A DNA stretch of 60,578 bases from Chiloscyllium plagiosum (Eukaryota): contig NC_057728.1 of assembly GCF_004010195.1 (NCBI RefSeq), positions 46,179,290-46,239,867 on the forward strand, in the 5' to 3' direction. A program made the translations under genes and the position numbers. Of the stretch, positions 11,665 to 24,961 are shown piece by piece (position 1 is the first letter of the stretch; the number at the start of each line of letters is the position of its first letter). The notes below the pieces were generated by a model. It saw only the letters and a list, made by a program, of their open reading frames with translations. It was not told the DNA's origin and did not search any database.

Positions 11665-12624
11665 TATCCCTTAATGTGATTAATCGCCAGGAATTTATTA
11701 ACTCATATAGGACAATTGAACCATTGAACATTGCAACTCCATAATGTCTTCAAAATTAAACAAATAATTTAAATGAAAAATATGTGCTGCCTGTAAATGG
11801 TTTCTCAAGCATTTTATACAGTGAAAGCAATTAAACTCTATATTCTTATACCCCATTTGTGGGCATAGAGACCTCTAAAAACATAATCTTAATAGTAATG
11901 GTGGAATTGTGTCTGATAGTGTTATTATCACTTAGTCTGCTAGAATTCTGCAATTTGAGAAGGGCGTATGAGGAAAGTGCATATTCACCACCCACTAACC
12001 CATCTTCACCTTCAGCACCACATGTCTACCTTCTCCACCCGACATTCACTCCCTACTCCTTACTCTACTTCAGAATAAAAATTGAACAAACCATCTTTGT
12101 CAAATATCAATCATATCAATTTTTAAAATAAATCTGGCTAACCTGTTCTCAGAATTACAAACCTCAATCCCCATATAGACCCCCTTTTAGCTGGGAAGTT
12201 TTTTTCACTGACCAGGACCATCGCGGTTTCTATAAGCGTCTGAGAGGATGACTGTAAATCCTAATGTAGAGTAATTTAGAGACCACCAGCTTTCATCTCT
12301 ATGCTTTCCATGCCATTAACGTCAGTACAGGCAGGCACACACACCATCTCTTATTAGATCTTTCAGTAACATTATGGCCATTCCATCGCACTCTGTCAAG
12401 GTTTGGTCAGGGTTGCAATAAAAAAGTGGTGAATTTTAAGCCCTCATTTGGTTCCAGGCTAAAATAATGACCATAATTATCTTATTTCATTGTGGCAAAA
12501 CTTCAGTCACTGGTTAGCTTTTGAACAATTTGTCACCATGGGAACTTACATTGCAATTGCGCATGCCACTCTTTTGTTGCTTTCTTGCAAATTTATTCAG
12601 AACTTACTGTAAATATAAAGATGA

Positions 12625-12730
12625 GTTCTGATGGCAAACCTTTAACCTAAAATGTTTCTCCCTGTTTCTCTCTCTCTCTGCAGGTACTGCCAGACTTGCT
12701 GAATATTTTCAACATTTTATGTTTTTATTG
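12625..12730 (+). mobile_element. Old short PLE-derived tail, family C
   Basis: ctgatgg...aaaatgtt...ctgccagacttgctgaatattttcaacatttt resembles the tails at 52460, 54560 and 59280. Confidence 0.55.
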
Positions 12731-13544
12731 TAGGAATGGAAATCACATTTGAATTAGATGTCCTTAAATGGAATAATCTGGGCCTGAAGGATTGCTGGGA
12801 GAAAGTAATGGTACTCTATCAGGGGGGAGCTGTATGCAAGAGATCAGTGCTGGGAAATGGCATATGTTCAATTTCATAATTTTTAAAAAGGCTCATGATG
12901 ATACTCTGTGATGCGTAGTCTGCAGTAGGATTCTGGGTAATCCAAGATGGAGGACAGGAAAAATTTCTGGCTGCAACAGGCTGCTCCTTTTTAGAGGTAT
13001 TTTAGGTGTTGGAGGTGTTTTCCTTGAATTCCAGGAGCAGCAATTACTGTTTTATATGCTGTTGCACTGTTTTGGAACTTCAGAGAAAAAAACAAGTCAA
13101 AACAACAGCAGTTTTAAAAGGGAGAAGACAGACAGAGGAAGCACATGGTGAGGTCAGGGCAGGAGAGAGAGAGAAAGAAAGAAAGAAACTGACAGAGCAG
13201 TGAACCTGCACAGTTACTGCCTTTGCTATTTGAATTCATGTATCACTGGACATCGGAGTGCGTCTGGGAAAATTAACAAACAGTGAAATTCACAACTGAT
13301 CTTGGAGGAATCTGTTTGGGACAGGTCACAGCACAGAAACAGGAGTGAATATTTAAGCGTGGCCTTACAGTAAGTCTGCAGTAGTGAGTAGACTGGGTTC
13401 TTTCTTGACGATAAGTTTTATTGAGATAGTATCTTGATTAAACTGAAAATAGAAGCCATAGCTATTAATTTAAACTGGAGCAGTGGTTTGTACAGGAATA
13501 AGACGGTGCTATTTTCTCGGTCTGTAGATTGTGAAGGAGCAAAA

Positions 13545-14481
13545 ATGGCCTTCAGTAGAGTGATATGCTTGTCTTGTCAGATATGGGAGTTTACAGAGAA
13601 TTTATGGGTTACAGAGGATTATATCTGCAATAAATGCTGTTGGTTGCGAATCCTATCAGATTGAACGGATCAGTTGAAGAGACAGAGGCAATGAGGAATT
13701 TACAAGAGTAAGGGGATATGATAGATGGCAGTTACTGGAATGCGGAAAAGTCCAGATACAGTCACATAGATGGGTTAACTCTAGGAAAGGTAAAAGAGGT
13801 AGGCACTTAGTGCAGGAGTCTTCTGTGGTTATCCCTATTTCAAACAAGTATGCTATTTTGGAAAAAGTAGGGGGTGATGGATTCTCAGGGGAATCTAGCA
13901 CAAACAGCCAAGTTTCATGTCGTGATCTGGCTCTAATGCAATGAGGGATATATCAGGTTTTAAGAGATCAATTGTGTTGGGGGACTCTCTAGTCTGAGGT
14001 ACAGACAGATGTTTCTGTGTCCAGCAGCGAAAAATCAGAATGTTGTGTTGTTTCCCTGGTGCCAGGATCAACAATGTCTCAATGAGGGTGCGGAATGTTC
14101 TCAAAGGGGAGAGGGGCCAGCAGGAGGTCATTGTACACATTGGAACCAATGACATAGGAAGGGAAAAGGTTGAGATTCTGAAGGGAGATTACAGAGAGTT
14201 AGGCAGAAATTTAAAAAGGAAGTCTTTGAGAGTAGTAATATCTGGATTACTCCCGGTGCTACGAGCTAGTGAGGTCAGGAATAGGAGGATAGAGCAAATG
14301 AATGCATGGCTGAGGAGCTGGTGTATAGGAGAAAGATTCACATTTTCATCAGGATTCCAACATTGGAATCTGTTGGGATAGACATGACCTGTACAAGAAG
14401 GACGGATTGCCCCTAAATTGGAAAGGGACTAATATACTGGCAGGGATATTTGCTAGAGCTGCTCAGGAGGATTTAAACTAG
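13545..14481 (+). pseudogene. CR1 ORF1 (CxxC zinc finger + SGNH esterase), disrupted
   Basis: MAFSRVICLSCQIWE...ICNKC; VLGDSLV, CCFPGA, VHIGTND, DGLPLN; several stops and frameshifts. Confidence 0.9.
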
Positions 14482-14599
14482 TAAGGTGGGGGGTGGGACC
14501 CAGGGAGATAATGGGAAAAGAGATCAATCTGAGACTGGTACAGCTGAGAACAGAAGCGAGTCAAACAGTCAGGGCAGGCAGGGACAAAGCAGAGAACAA

Positions 14600-16469
14600 G
14601 GTAGGACTGATAAATTAAACTGCATTTATTTCAATGCAAGGGGCCTAACAGGGAAGGCAGATGAACTCGGGGCATGGTGAGGAACACAGAACTGGGGTAT
14701 CATAGCAATTACAGAAACATGGCTCAGGGATGGACAGGGCTGACAGCTTAATGTTCCAGGATACAAATGTTACAGGAAGAATAGAAAGGGAGGCAAGAGA
14801 GGTGGGGGAGTGGCATTTTTGATAAGGGAGAACAAAACAGCTGTACTTAGGGAGGATATTCCCAGAAATACATCCAGGGATGGTATTTGGGTGGAACTGA
14901 AAAATAAGAAAGGGATGATCACCTTATTAGTATTGTATTATAGACCCCCTAACAGTCAGAGGGAAATTGATAAATAAATTTGTAAGTTGTCCATATTACA
15001 GAGGAGGAAGTGCTGGATGTCTTGAAATGCGTAAAAGTGGATAAATCCCCAGTACCAGATCAGGTGTACCCTAAAACTCTGTAGGAAGCTCGGGAAGTGA
15101 TTGCTGGGCCTCTTGCTGAGATATTCCAATCATCGATAGTTATAAGTGAGGTGCTGGAAGACTGGAGATTGGCTAACGTGGTGCCACTGTTTAAGAAGGG
15201 TGGTAAGGACAAGCCAGGGAACTATAGACCAGTGAGCCTGACGTCAGTGTTGGGCAAGTTGTTGGAGGGAATCCTAAGGGACAGGATGTACATGTATTTG
15301 GAAAGGCAAGGACTATTAGGGATTAGTCAATATGGCTTTATGCATGGGAAATCATGTCTCACAAACTTGATTGAGTTTTTTGAAGAAGCAACAATAAGGA
15401 TGAATGAGGGCAGAGTGGTGGACGTCATCTATATGGACATCAGTAAGGCATACAACAAGGTTCCCCATGGGAGACTGGTTAACATGGTTAATCTCATGTA
15501 ATACAGGGAGAACTAGCGATTTGAGTACAGAACTGGCTCAAAGATGGAAGACAGAGGGTGGTGGTGGAGGGTTGTTTTTCAGACTGGAGGCCTGTGACCA
15601 GTGGAATGCCACAAGGATCGGTGCTGGGTCCACTACTGGTCATCATTTATACAAATGATTTGGATGTGAGCATAAGAGATATAGTTAGTAAGTTTGCTGA
15701 TGACACCAAAATTGGAGGTGTAGTGGAGAGTGAAGAAGGTTACCTCAGATTACAATAGGATCTTGATCAGATGGGCCAATGGGCTGAGGAGTTGCAGATG
15801 GAGTTTAATTCAGAAAAGGAGAGGTACTGCATTTTGGAAAAACAAATCTTAGCAGGATTTCTACATTTAATGGTAAGTTTCTAGGGAGTGTTGGAATGCA
15901 GGTTCATAGCTCCTTAAAAGTGGAGTTGCAGGTAGATAGGAAAGTGAAGGAGGCGTTTTGTGTGCTTTCCTTTATTGGTCAGAGTATTGAGTACAGGAGT
16001 TGGGAGGTCATGTTGCAACTGTACAGGACATTGGTTAGGCCACTGTTGGAATATTGCATGCACTTCTGGTCTCCTTCCTATCAGAAGGATGTTGTAAACT
16101 TGAAAGGGTTCCGAAAAGATTTACAAGGATGTTGCCAGGGTTGGAGTATTTGAGGTATAGGGAGAGGCTGAGAGGTGACCTTATAGATGTTTACAAAATT
16201 ATGAGGGACATGGATAGGATAAATAGACAAAGTCTTTTACCTGGGGTGGGGAGTCCAGAACTAGAGGCCATAGGTTTGGGGTGAGAGGGGAAACATACAA
16301 GAGACCTAAGGGGCAACTTTCTCACACAGAGGGTGGTACATGTAGGAATGAACTGCCAGAGGAAGTGGTGGTGGCTTGTACAATTGCAATATTTAAAAGT
16401 CATTTGGATGGGTGTATGAATAGGAAGGATTTGGAGGGATATGGGCCGGGTGATGGTAGGTGGGACTAG
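14600..16469 (+). pseudogene. CR1 ORF2 (apurinic endonuclease + reverse transcriptase), disrupted
   Basis: CIYFNARGL, ITETWL and YRPP (APE); NYRPVSLTS, GMPQGSVLGP and FADDTK (RT); many stops. Confidence 0.92.
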
Positions 16470-16556
16470 ATTGGGTTGAGATATCTGGTTGGCCTGGATG
16501 GGTTGGACTGAAGGGTTTATTTCTGTGCTGTATATCTCTATGACTCTATGACTCTA

Positions 16557-16703
16557 AATTCTTTGTCTTATTCCATAACCATCTAATGATAGAGCAGTGC
16601 TCTGAAAACTAGTGCTTCCAAATAAACCTGTTTGACTATAACCTGGTGTTGTGTGATTTTTAACTTTGTCCACCCCATTCCAACACTGGCACCTCCAAAT
16701 CAA
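16557..16703 (+). mobile_element. Short PLE 3' end, family B, with degenerate hammerhead
   Basis: ctaatgatagagcagtgctctgaaa (16583-16607) followed by cttccaaataaacctgtttgactataacctggtgttgtgtgatttttaactttgtccacccc. Confidence 0.8.
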
Positions 16704-16789
16704 GATCATAATCTTAGAGAACAAAGGACTAGCATTTACTCGTCCCAAATGCTGCCATTGTTACCTACTGATCTAAACAGTTGGAATAG

Positions 16790-17180
16790 TAATACCTTTC
16801 CAGCTCTTGCATTGTCCCAGAGCAACTTACAGCCAATTTCAAGTGTAGTCAATAGTGAAACACAAGAAATGCAACAGCCAATTTGCACTTCAAAACTGAC
16901 ATAGACAACATCACAAAGATGACCAAATAACCTGTCTTTTCGTGTTGTGGCATTGAGGGAAAAGTCTCTGGACTTTTGAGGGAAGAATAGGAAACACAGA
17001 ATAACATTCCTGCTCTTGAAGTCACGCTGTTAGATATTTGATCTCCATCTGAGAGAGCAAAGACAATCTTGGTTTAACATCTCAGTGAGAAGACAGCACC
17101 TCCCATAATATCAGCCAGCACCTTCCATAATATCAGCCTAGATTTTTGTGCTCAAGTTTGTAGAGTGTGAATTGAACCTT
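16790..17180 (-). mobile_element. Deu-domain SINE relic (SacSINE1/AmnSINE1-like)
   Basis: ggtttaacatctca...agacagcacctcc and cagccaatttgcac resemble the reverse complement of the Deu domain; tRNA-like end gaattgaacc. Confidence 0.65.
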
Positions 17181-17582
17181 CTCAGTTTTCCATCAGGTAA
17201 AACTATCAATGCTTCAATGTTCATAAATTCTAACAAAATGGTATACATTGAGTTAGGGTGGACATTTACCCTTTTGTCATCATAGAATTACTTCTATGTT
17301 TAACCATAGATCCGCAGGTATCACCGTTAGATAAACACAGCTATCATTTATTTGATGTTACTGATTTTATACTGAGACTTTTGTGCCATATTTGATCTGC
17401 AGTGAGCATAATGCTGTGTGTAAATCATAGCATAATTAAGTTGTAAATGAGATTGATAATTCAGTGTCACACAGGGGACAATTACATGCGGTGGAGCTAT
17501 ACACTTGGAAGTGGTTGAGACTGCACAAATTAATGTCCTGGCACACCCTTAAAGCATCAGACAATACTTGCAATTGCATAGG

Positions 17583-17677
17583 TAGGACTCAACTGAAGTA
17601 GAGCTTTCAAGTATAATAGTGCAATAAAACCAACAAACTCTCCTATTTGGTAGCTTATTAGGTCAAATAATATCCCA
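17583..17677 (+). repeat. Dispersed direct repeat, copy 2 (partner 11559-11664)
   Basis: Direct match to copy 1 with one ~11-bp indel. Confidence 0.9.
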
Positions 17678-18169
17678 GAAGAGTGTTCAATATGACTAAG
17701 ATTTTGAAAATAATAGTGTAAAATTAGTTAATTGTTAAAACTTTTTTCTCAAAGTTCCTTCAAGTGATTTATCATGTATGAATTCACTTACAATAGAGAG
17801 ATTCATTGCTCACACACTGTGAAGATAGTAACTAATGACCTAATTAATCGTTAATTTAATTATTGGTTAAACTTACTGGAGGTGGGAAGATGATTCACTA
17901 CTTGTGTAATACATCTCTTCCTTAGTTTAAAATCTTTTCCACCTTGAAGGACAATTCAGTTCCAGTGTATCAGTCCTGAAAAGAACAGGGAAATTAATGT
18001 TCTCAAGTTCTTTCCCATTTGCCTTTTGTTATGAGAGTTGCTATATTGTGAAAGTAATGGAAACATGACATGAAATATATTTTCCATGCATTTTCACAGT
18101 ATTTCCACTAAAATTATGGTGGATATTCAGGGGAATCGCAAAGAAAATAAATTGTTTTGACAAGTCTTC

Positions 18170-18705
18170 ATGTCTTGATTACACAACAAATCAGCAGTGT
18201 GATGGAATACTTGCCAATTGCCTGGATGGGTGGAATCCCAGCAACACTCAAGAAGCTTGACACCACCATCCAGGTCAAAGTAGCCCGCTTGATTGATATC
18301 ATATCCATAAACATTCATTCTCTCCACCACCAATACTCAGTAGTAAAAGTATGTACTATCTATGAGATGCACTGCAGAAATTCACCAATAATCCTGAGAC
18401 AGCACCTTCCAAATCCATGACCACTTCTGTATAGAAGGACAAGGCAGCGGATACATGGCAACACCACCTATAATTGCCCCTTCAAACCACTCATAATCCT
18501 GACATGAAAATATGTTGCCACTCCTTCCCTATCGCTGGGTCAGATCTAGGAATATACTCCCTAAGGACATTGTAGATCAATCTACAGCATATGATCTGCA
18601 ATAGTTCAAAAAGGTATTTCACCACCACCTTCTCAAAGGCAACTAGGAATGGGCAATAGATGCTGGTCAGCCAGCAACACCCACATTCCACAAGTGAATA
18701 AATAG
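18170..18705 (+). mobile_element. CR1/L2-group LINE 3' end (distinct family)
   Basis: ORF 18157-18420 SVMEYLPIAWM...LKKLDTTIQVKVARLI; 3' UTR ggcaactaggaatgggcaata recurs inverted at ~30975 and ~39585. Confidence 0.75.
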
Positions 18706-19946
18706 ATTGAAACAATGAGTGGTTTGGAGATGGGAAGTACTGCTTAATACTGATGGAAGCAAATTCAATTGGGGCTTTCTAAAAGGAATTAGATAAACAT
18801 GTGATGAAGTAAAATATGTAGTTACAGGAAAAGATGGAGTAGTGCAACTAGATGAATTGCTCTTCCAGTGTGCCAACATGGGCTGAAGGTCCTCTATTTG
18901 CCTTGTAACCATTCAATGATTGCATAATGCTAAGAAAATTCAGCAATGGTCTTATCCCTCTATCTTCCTTAGCTGATCGGCAGAAACTCTGTCTGGAGTA
19001 GCAGGATAGAGGAGTAGGGGTGTTACAGCAAGTGATGAGGAAAGCATTTTAGGAAACTTCCAATGCGTTGTGCACAGCTGTCAAAACAATAGTATTGGTT
19101 CTAGGGTCAAACAAAAAGATAAATGGGCAGGAGAAATGAAAAGTTAAAAGGATTCAACAAACAAAATTATTGCATTTGGGCAATGGATATAAACAACAGC
19201 ACAATCTATTTAGGACAGGTAAAAGATAAGCAAATTAAATATTTATCAACAGTCTAATTAAATTGAACAGCATAATTACAATCCACTCATTCAATGGAAT
19301 ATTCATGACTTGAATCATTGGGCCAGAATTTGCTGGCACATTACTAGTAAGTTTATGTGTATGCTGTTATTAGTACACACATTTTTCAGCAAGTTGTGGA
19401 ATGGAAAAGCTGCTTCAAGTTGCACATTATTGTAAAATCGCTGGACTATTTCAACCAGTCCATCATTAGCATTTAATAAAAAAACTCAGTCTCACTTTCC
19501 CTTTGATTCTCAAGATGTTCATTAATTATCTGTTAAACTTACTGCAGGAAATGACAACTGGTACAGTGTAAGGAATCTTTTAATGATTGGATTCATGTTC
19601 CTACATTGCTTAAACTTTCTTATCAAAAAAGAGAATATTTCAAACTGTGGCATCTTCTTCCCACAGGGAATAAATTCTTTGCTGAAAATTCTAAATTTCA
19701 TACTTAGAATTTATTCATCTTTTTTTCTCTCTCTTAGTATAAATTTTCTCTCCATCATCTTTTGTTTATTTCTGTACCTGATTTGACTCTCATTCACCTT
19801 ATTTCCTTCTTTGTCATTGCTCTTGTTCTACTTCAAGACTTAAGTTGCTTTGGTTAAGGAGTTAGATAGTAGGCTCCATTGTTCACCGACACCCTTTGTG
19901 CCACTATCAGGTCCCACTTCCACAATTTGCAAAGTAAACTTTTTCT

Positions 19947-21497
19947 AGAGTGGAGGTTGGCTAATGTGGTGTCACTGTTTAAGAAGGGCAGTAAGGACAA
20001 GCTAGGGGACCAAAGACCAGTGAACCTGATGTCGGTGGTGGGAACGTTGTTGGAGGGAATCCTGAGGGATAGGATGTACATGTATTTGGAAAGGCAAGGA
20101 CTGATAAGGGATAGTCAACATGGTTTTGTGCATGGGAAATCATGTTTCACAAACTTGATTGAGTTTTTTGAGGAAGTAACAAAGAGGATTGATGAGGGCA
20201 GAGCGGTAGATTGATCTATATGGAGTTCAGTAAGGTGTTTGACAAGGTTCCCCATGGGAGACTGATTAGCAAGGTTAGATCTCACGGAATACAGGGAGAC
20301 CTAGCCTAGAACTGGCTCAAAGGTAGAAGACAGAGGGTGGTGGTGGAGATTGTTTTTCAGACTGGAGGCCTGTGACCAGTGGAGTGCCACAAGGATCGGT
20401 GCTGGGTCCTCTACTTTTTGTCATTTACATAAATGATTTGGATGTGAGTGTAAGAGGTGCAGTTCATAAGTTTGCAGATGACACCAAAATTGGAGGTGTA
20501 GTGGATAGTGAAGAGAGTTACCTCAGATTGCAACAGGATCTTGACCAGATGGGCCAATGGTATGAGAAGTGGCAGATGGAGTTTAATTCAGATAAATGCG
20601 AGGTGCTGCATTTTGGGAAAGCAAATCTTAGCAGGACTTATACACTTAATGGTAAGGTTCTAGGGAGCATTGCTGAACAAAGAGACCTTGGATTGCAGGT
20701 TCATAGCTCCTTGAAAGTGGAGTCGCAGGTAGCTAGGATAGTGAAGAAGGCATTTGGTATGCTTTCCTTTATTGGTCAGAGTATTGAGTTCATGGGTTTG
20801 GAGGTCATGTTGTGGCTGTACAGGACATTGGCTAGGCCACTGTTGGAATATTGCGTGCAATTCTGGTCTCCTTCCTATTGGAAAGATGTTGTGAAACTTG
20901 AAAGAGTTCAGAAAAGGTTTACAAGGATGTTGCCAGGGTTGGAGGATTTGAGCTAAAGGGAGAGGCTGAACAGGCTGGGGCTGTTTTCCCTGGAGTGTCG
21001 GAGGCTGAGTGGTGATATTATAGAGGTTTAGAAAATCATGTGGGGCATGGATAGGATAAATAGACAAGGTCTTTCCCCCTGGGGTGGGGGAGTCCAGGGC
21101 ATAGGATTAGGGTGAGAGGGGAAAGATATAAAAGAGACCTAACTTTTTCACGCAGAGGGTGGTACGTCTATGGAATGAGCTGCCAGAGGAAGTGGTGGAG
21201 TACAATTGTAACATTTAAGAGGCATGTGGATGGGTATATGAATAGGAAGGGTTTGGAGGGATTTGGGCCAGGTGCGACTAGATTGAGTTGGGATATCTGG
21301 TCAGCATGGACGGGTTGGACCGGAGTACAATTGTAACATTTAAGAGGCATGTGGATGGGTATATGAATAGGAAGGGTTTGGAGGGATTTGGGCCAGGTGC
21401 GGTCAGGTGGGACTAGATTGAGTTGGGATATCTGGTCAGCATGGACGGGTTGGACCGAAGGGTCTGTTTTCATGTTGTACATCTCTGTGACTCTATG
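19947..21497 (+). mobile_element. 5'-truncated CR1 LINE (RT to tail)
   Basis: WRLANVVSLFKKG, GVPQGSVLGPLLF, FADDTK, LEYCVQFWSP; tail ctctgtgactctatga. Confidence 0.95.
21197..21456 (+). repeat. Tandem duplication (125 + 135 bp) in CR1 3' end
   Basis: 21197-21321 and 21322-21456 are identical except for a 10-bp indel. Confidence 0.95.
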
Positions 21498-23479
21498 AGC
21501 TGGATGATGAAATAAAAGTGAAACTAATGGGAACCAGTCCTGTCAAATTCAGAGTCATTGGTCTTTATAGGTTATGATAGACATTACATGTTGCAGGACA
21601 TGAGTACACAATAAATCACATTGCTTCAGGAAAAGGAGAAATACAACATGATTTATCTGTGAACTAAATGTGTGTGAATAATAATTTCAAAAATATAGGA
21701 CAATTCAAAAAAACATAACGGCCCAAGTGCATGACTAATATTTCTGATGTTCTGATAATGTAGGATCGAAATTATATTTTGCCATTGTTAGACAACCTCA
21801 ATGTAAAGTTTATTTTGCAAAATGAAACACAAGCCTTTCAATATGGGAATGTGGGATGTGCCTTTGATATTTGTGAGTTTGATTTTTAATGAAAAGGCTC
21901 AGTGTTGACATCGCTGTGTTGAAAACACTGGCAGATGTTGTCAAACAGTAGACCAACAATGACAGTGGTCTGATAGTATTTGACAGTCTGACACAAAGCT
22001 TAGGTCTGTTAGTTAATACATATCTATTGTAACATGCTACCAGTTCATTTTATTTTAAAGCCAAATTGATTGTGTCAGCAGTCACTATTAGAGTGGTAAA
22101 TTTGAGCAAAGTTGTTGGCACAAAACACTAAATTCAGAAATTTATTTATTGGAGCCTTTCCAAGATACTCATCCAGAATCCAATTGGATTCAGATCTAGA
22201 CTTTCTGCTGATATAGACAAGAACCACAATCACTAAAGTATGCTTTTAATTGCATTTTATGAGATAAAAGGATTAATAGGGAAAAGAACTCCTAAATATC
22301 TTTGGAGGCATTTCTGATCTTTAACATGATCAGTGCTCTGGGGGCAACAGTAGCTCATTGAGGTAATTAGACATTACTACTCCAAAGTACTTCCACAGGG
22401 ATAGCGATGTCAATAATGTGACTCTCAGTGCTTAAAGCAGTGAAGCACATTGATTGGAGGCAATCTATATTATTGGGCACTGGGGGCTATTGTGTGCAGT
22501 TTTACATAATACTGTTTAATATAGTGGGCAAATTCTTGTGGGGCAGCAGGCTGATTAAATAGGTGACACTGGACTAATTAACTTAAGCATTAAGTACCTT
22601 AAGTATTAAATGTCTTAAAAATAAATTTAACGAGGTACTTGCCCCATATTATGGTTTTAGAACATGAACAGTATTGTTGGAATTCAACATTCATATAAAA
22701 TAGGTGCTGAATTGGTTGGCCTGTTCAACAATATCAATTCTTGTTCTTTACATGAAAATCTACTAGCTAATTATATTAATTAGATGAATGTTGATCCAAC
22801 GATTTTATTGTTTATTTCATGGCGTCCTTGGCTTTCACTACTGCAGCTATTTAAAGCTCGATCCATCAACCATCTGTGCAAGTTAGCTAAGGGAAGTGTA
22901 ATTGATTGTTGCCTATATCGGAGATTCGTGTATGCCAATGGCTGTACATCTGTGTTTTTAGAGATGGAAATGCATATTCAGAGAAAAGTCAAGTCTGTCA
23001 GTGATGTCCAGAATTATTGTTTCCTGCTGCATTTTGTACACCTTTGCCCCACTTCATAACCTTAGCGACATCAGCAATCAACTAATAAGGTAATCTGAAT
23101 GATGAAGCAGAAGGTCTGTCTGTACAAGGAACCATTCACTCAGCTAGAATTGTGAAGCAAGCTGGGGGAAATGACAGGTTTGGTTAAATGACCAAAGAGT
23201 CTAATATTCTTGCCTTCAATGAGCACACCCTTTGATCCCACTTATAAATCCCTTATGAAAGTGAGACATTTTGTTCTAAAAAGATACACAAAGTCAGTGC
23301 TTATTGCCTCACATTCATCAGGATTACAGGGCAAAAATCCAACCGTAGGAGAATAGCGATTAAAAGAGAGTGATGATTGGTTGGACCACAGTTGGCATGG
23401 TGATGCAGCAAGAAAGATTAACTGTTGATCTCAGTTAACTGATTAAACTCAGACCAGGTGGAAATGGAGCAATCACATT

Positions 23480-24070
23480 AGCACAGTTTCATTGATGTGT
23501 TAGTTGAGCAAACTGCAAATAGATCTGTCCACTATCTACCTCAAGCTTATAGTAACTGGTCAATATATACCTCAGGTTTCCTCCCATTTAATCTATAACA
23601 AGATCACCTTTATTTGCAACCTCATGATTAGTACCCTTACCATCTGCTCACCATGTAAGCTTGATGCTGAGATAGGTGTATCTAAACTATCCTGCATGAT
23701 AATGGTTACTGATTAGTGCTGTTTATTGTACAGTCTCACAATAGGTCCTAAGGCCACCAATTTTTTCCCTGAAAGGTATCTGTTCTAACTCAGACTATAC
23801 TGAAAATAAAAGGTGCCATTAAACTTTGAGCAACAGGTGAAGCTAGCCATCTTTCTGTACTAATAGAAGTATACAATACTAAACACAAAGGGAGGATTCT
23901 CCACTAACAGGATGCTGCCAACAAGGCAAAAAGATGTTCTGTCTATTACACAAATTAGTAACATAGTATATGTGTTTCAGTGCCAGTATGATGTGAGGCA
24001 AGGAGGCTGTAAGTCCTAATGACTGACAAATCATGTCCAACAATGCCTTCCTAAAACAGTCCACAAGCAG
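23480..24070 (+). mobile_element. Old Penelope-like element (RT thumb to GIY-YIG N-terminus)
   Basis: Decayed frames read TGQY, ICSPCKLDAEIG, DNGY, FEQQVKLA and FSTNRMLP...KDVL...SNIVYVFQC. Confidence 0.7.
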
Positions 24071-24759
24071 CAGTCAATGCTAGATTAGTTGATAGTCTTA
24101 AATCTCAGATAGATAATTTTTGTTCAGCAAAAGTATTAATGGAAATGGGCCAAAGGCAGATATATGGAGTTAGGCCACAGATCAGCCATGATTTCATTAA
24201 ATGGTGGAACATGCTCAGGGGCTGAATGGCCTAAACATGGCCTTTGTTCATAGCAGGCAACTTTCAGACTGTGTTTTTAAACCTCAGAAAACCAAGCCCA
24301 ATATTAGATGCAATTGTGATTTGGATAATGTTAACTAAAAAATGTTAAATAAACAATCCCGACGATGTTAACAATTACCTGATAGATCAATTCAATATTA
24401 TTGGTTGGGCTTGCAGTGTGACTGATTTTCATGTGCTGCAAGTCACTGATACTCACCTTTACATTGAGGAAAAGGTTATGGAGAATGTAAAGTGTTGCTC
24501 CATTCTCATGTCAACGTGCTGACCAAGCACAGTGAACCAACCTAATCTAAGATTAATCAGCTAAGAAAATAAGTCACACATTAACAGTTCCTATTGCATC
24601 ACCAATACCTGAACCCTTTCCCATGACAAAATAAATGTTATTTTTCACGTTTGTTTTCTTGCATCCCCAACCTGATGACTGCAAGAGGAAAAGTTTTGAT
24701 GGTGTTTTCCTTTTCTATCAATGTATAAAAATGTTGCATCCTGAACTACATTAATAGGT

Positions 24760-24961
24760 AGGCGAAAGTGAGGACTATAGATGCTGGAGATTAGAGTCGA
24801 GAGTGTGGTGCTGGTAAAGCACAGCAGGTCAGCAGCATCCGAGGAGCAGGAGAGTTGAAATTTCAGGCAAAAGCCCTTCATCAGGGTTTTGCCCAAGGCA
24901 TCGACTCTCCTGCTGCTCGGATGCTGCCTGACTGCTGTGCTTTTCCAGCACTACGCTTTAG
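24760..24961. mobile_element. Short PLE hairpin insert, family A
   Basis: Minus arm 24760-24884 carries ctgatgaagggcttttgcctgaaa; plus arm 24885-24958; flanks acattaataggt (24748-24759) / aaatcaataggt (24962-24973). Confidence 0.88.

Larger units (their letters stand above)
12907..16556 (+). mobile_element. Near full-length CR1 (HER1-like) LINE, internally deleted
   Basis: Long 5' leader, ORF1 (zinc finger + esterase), ORF2 (APE, then RT) and (CTCTATGA)n tail at 16536-16556. 5' boundary uncertain. Confidence 0.93.

Noticed and set aside
17094..17137. 22-bp tandem duplication
   Set aside because: Ordinary slippage within a Deu-SINE relic.
20372..20956. Functional reverse transcriptase CDS (also 26693-27936, 46730-47455)
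   Set aside because: Fragments of truncated elements with stops, frameshifts and nested inserts.
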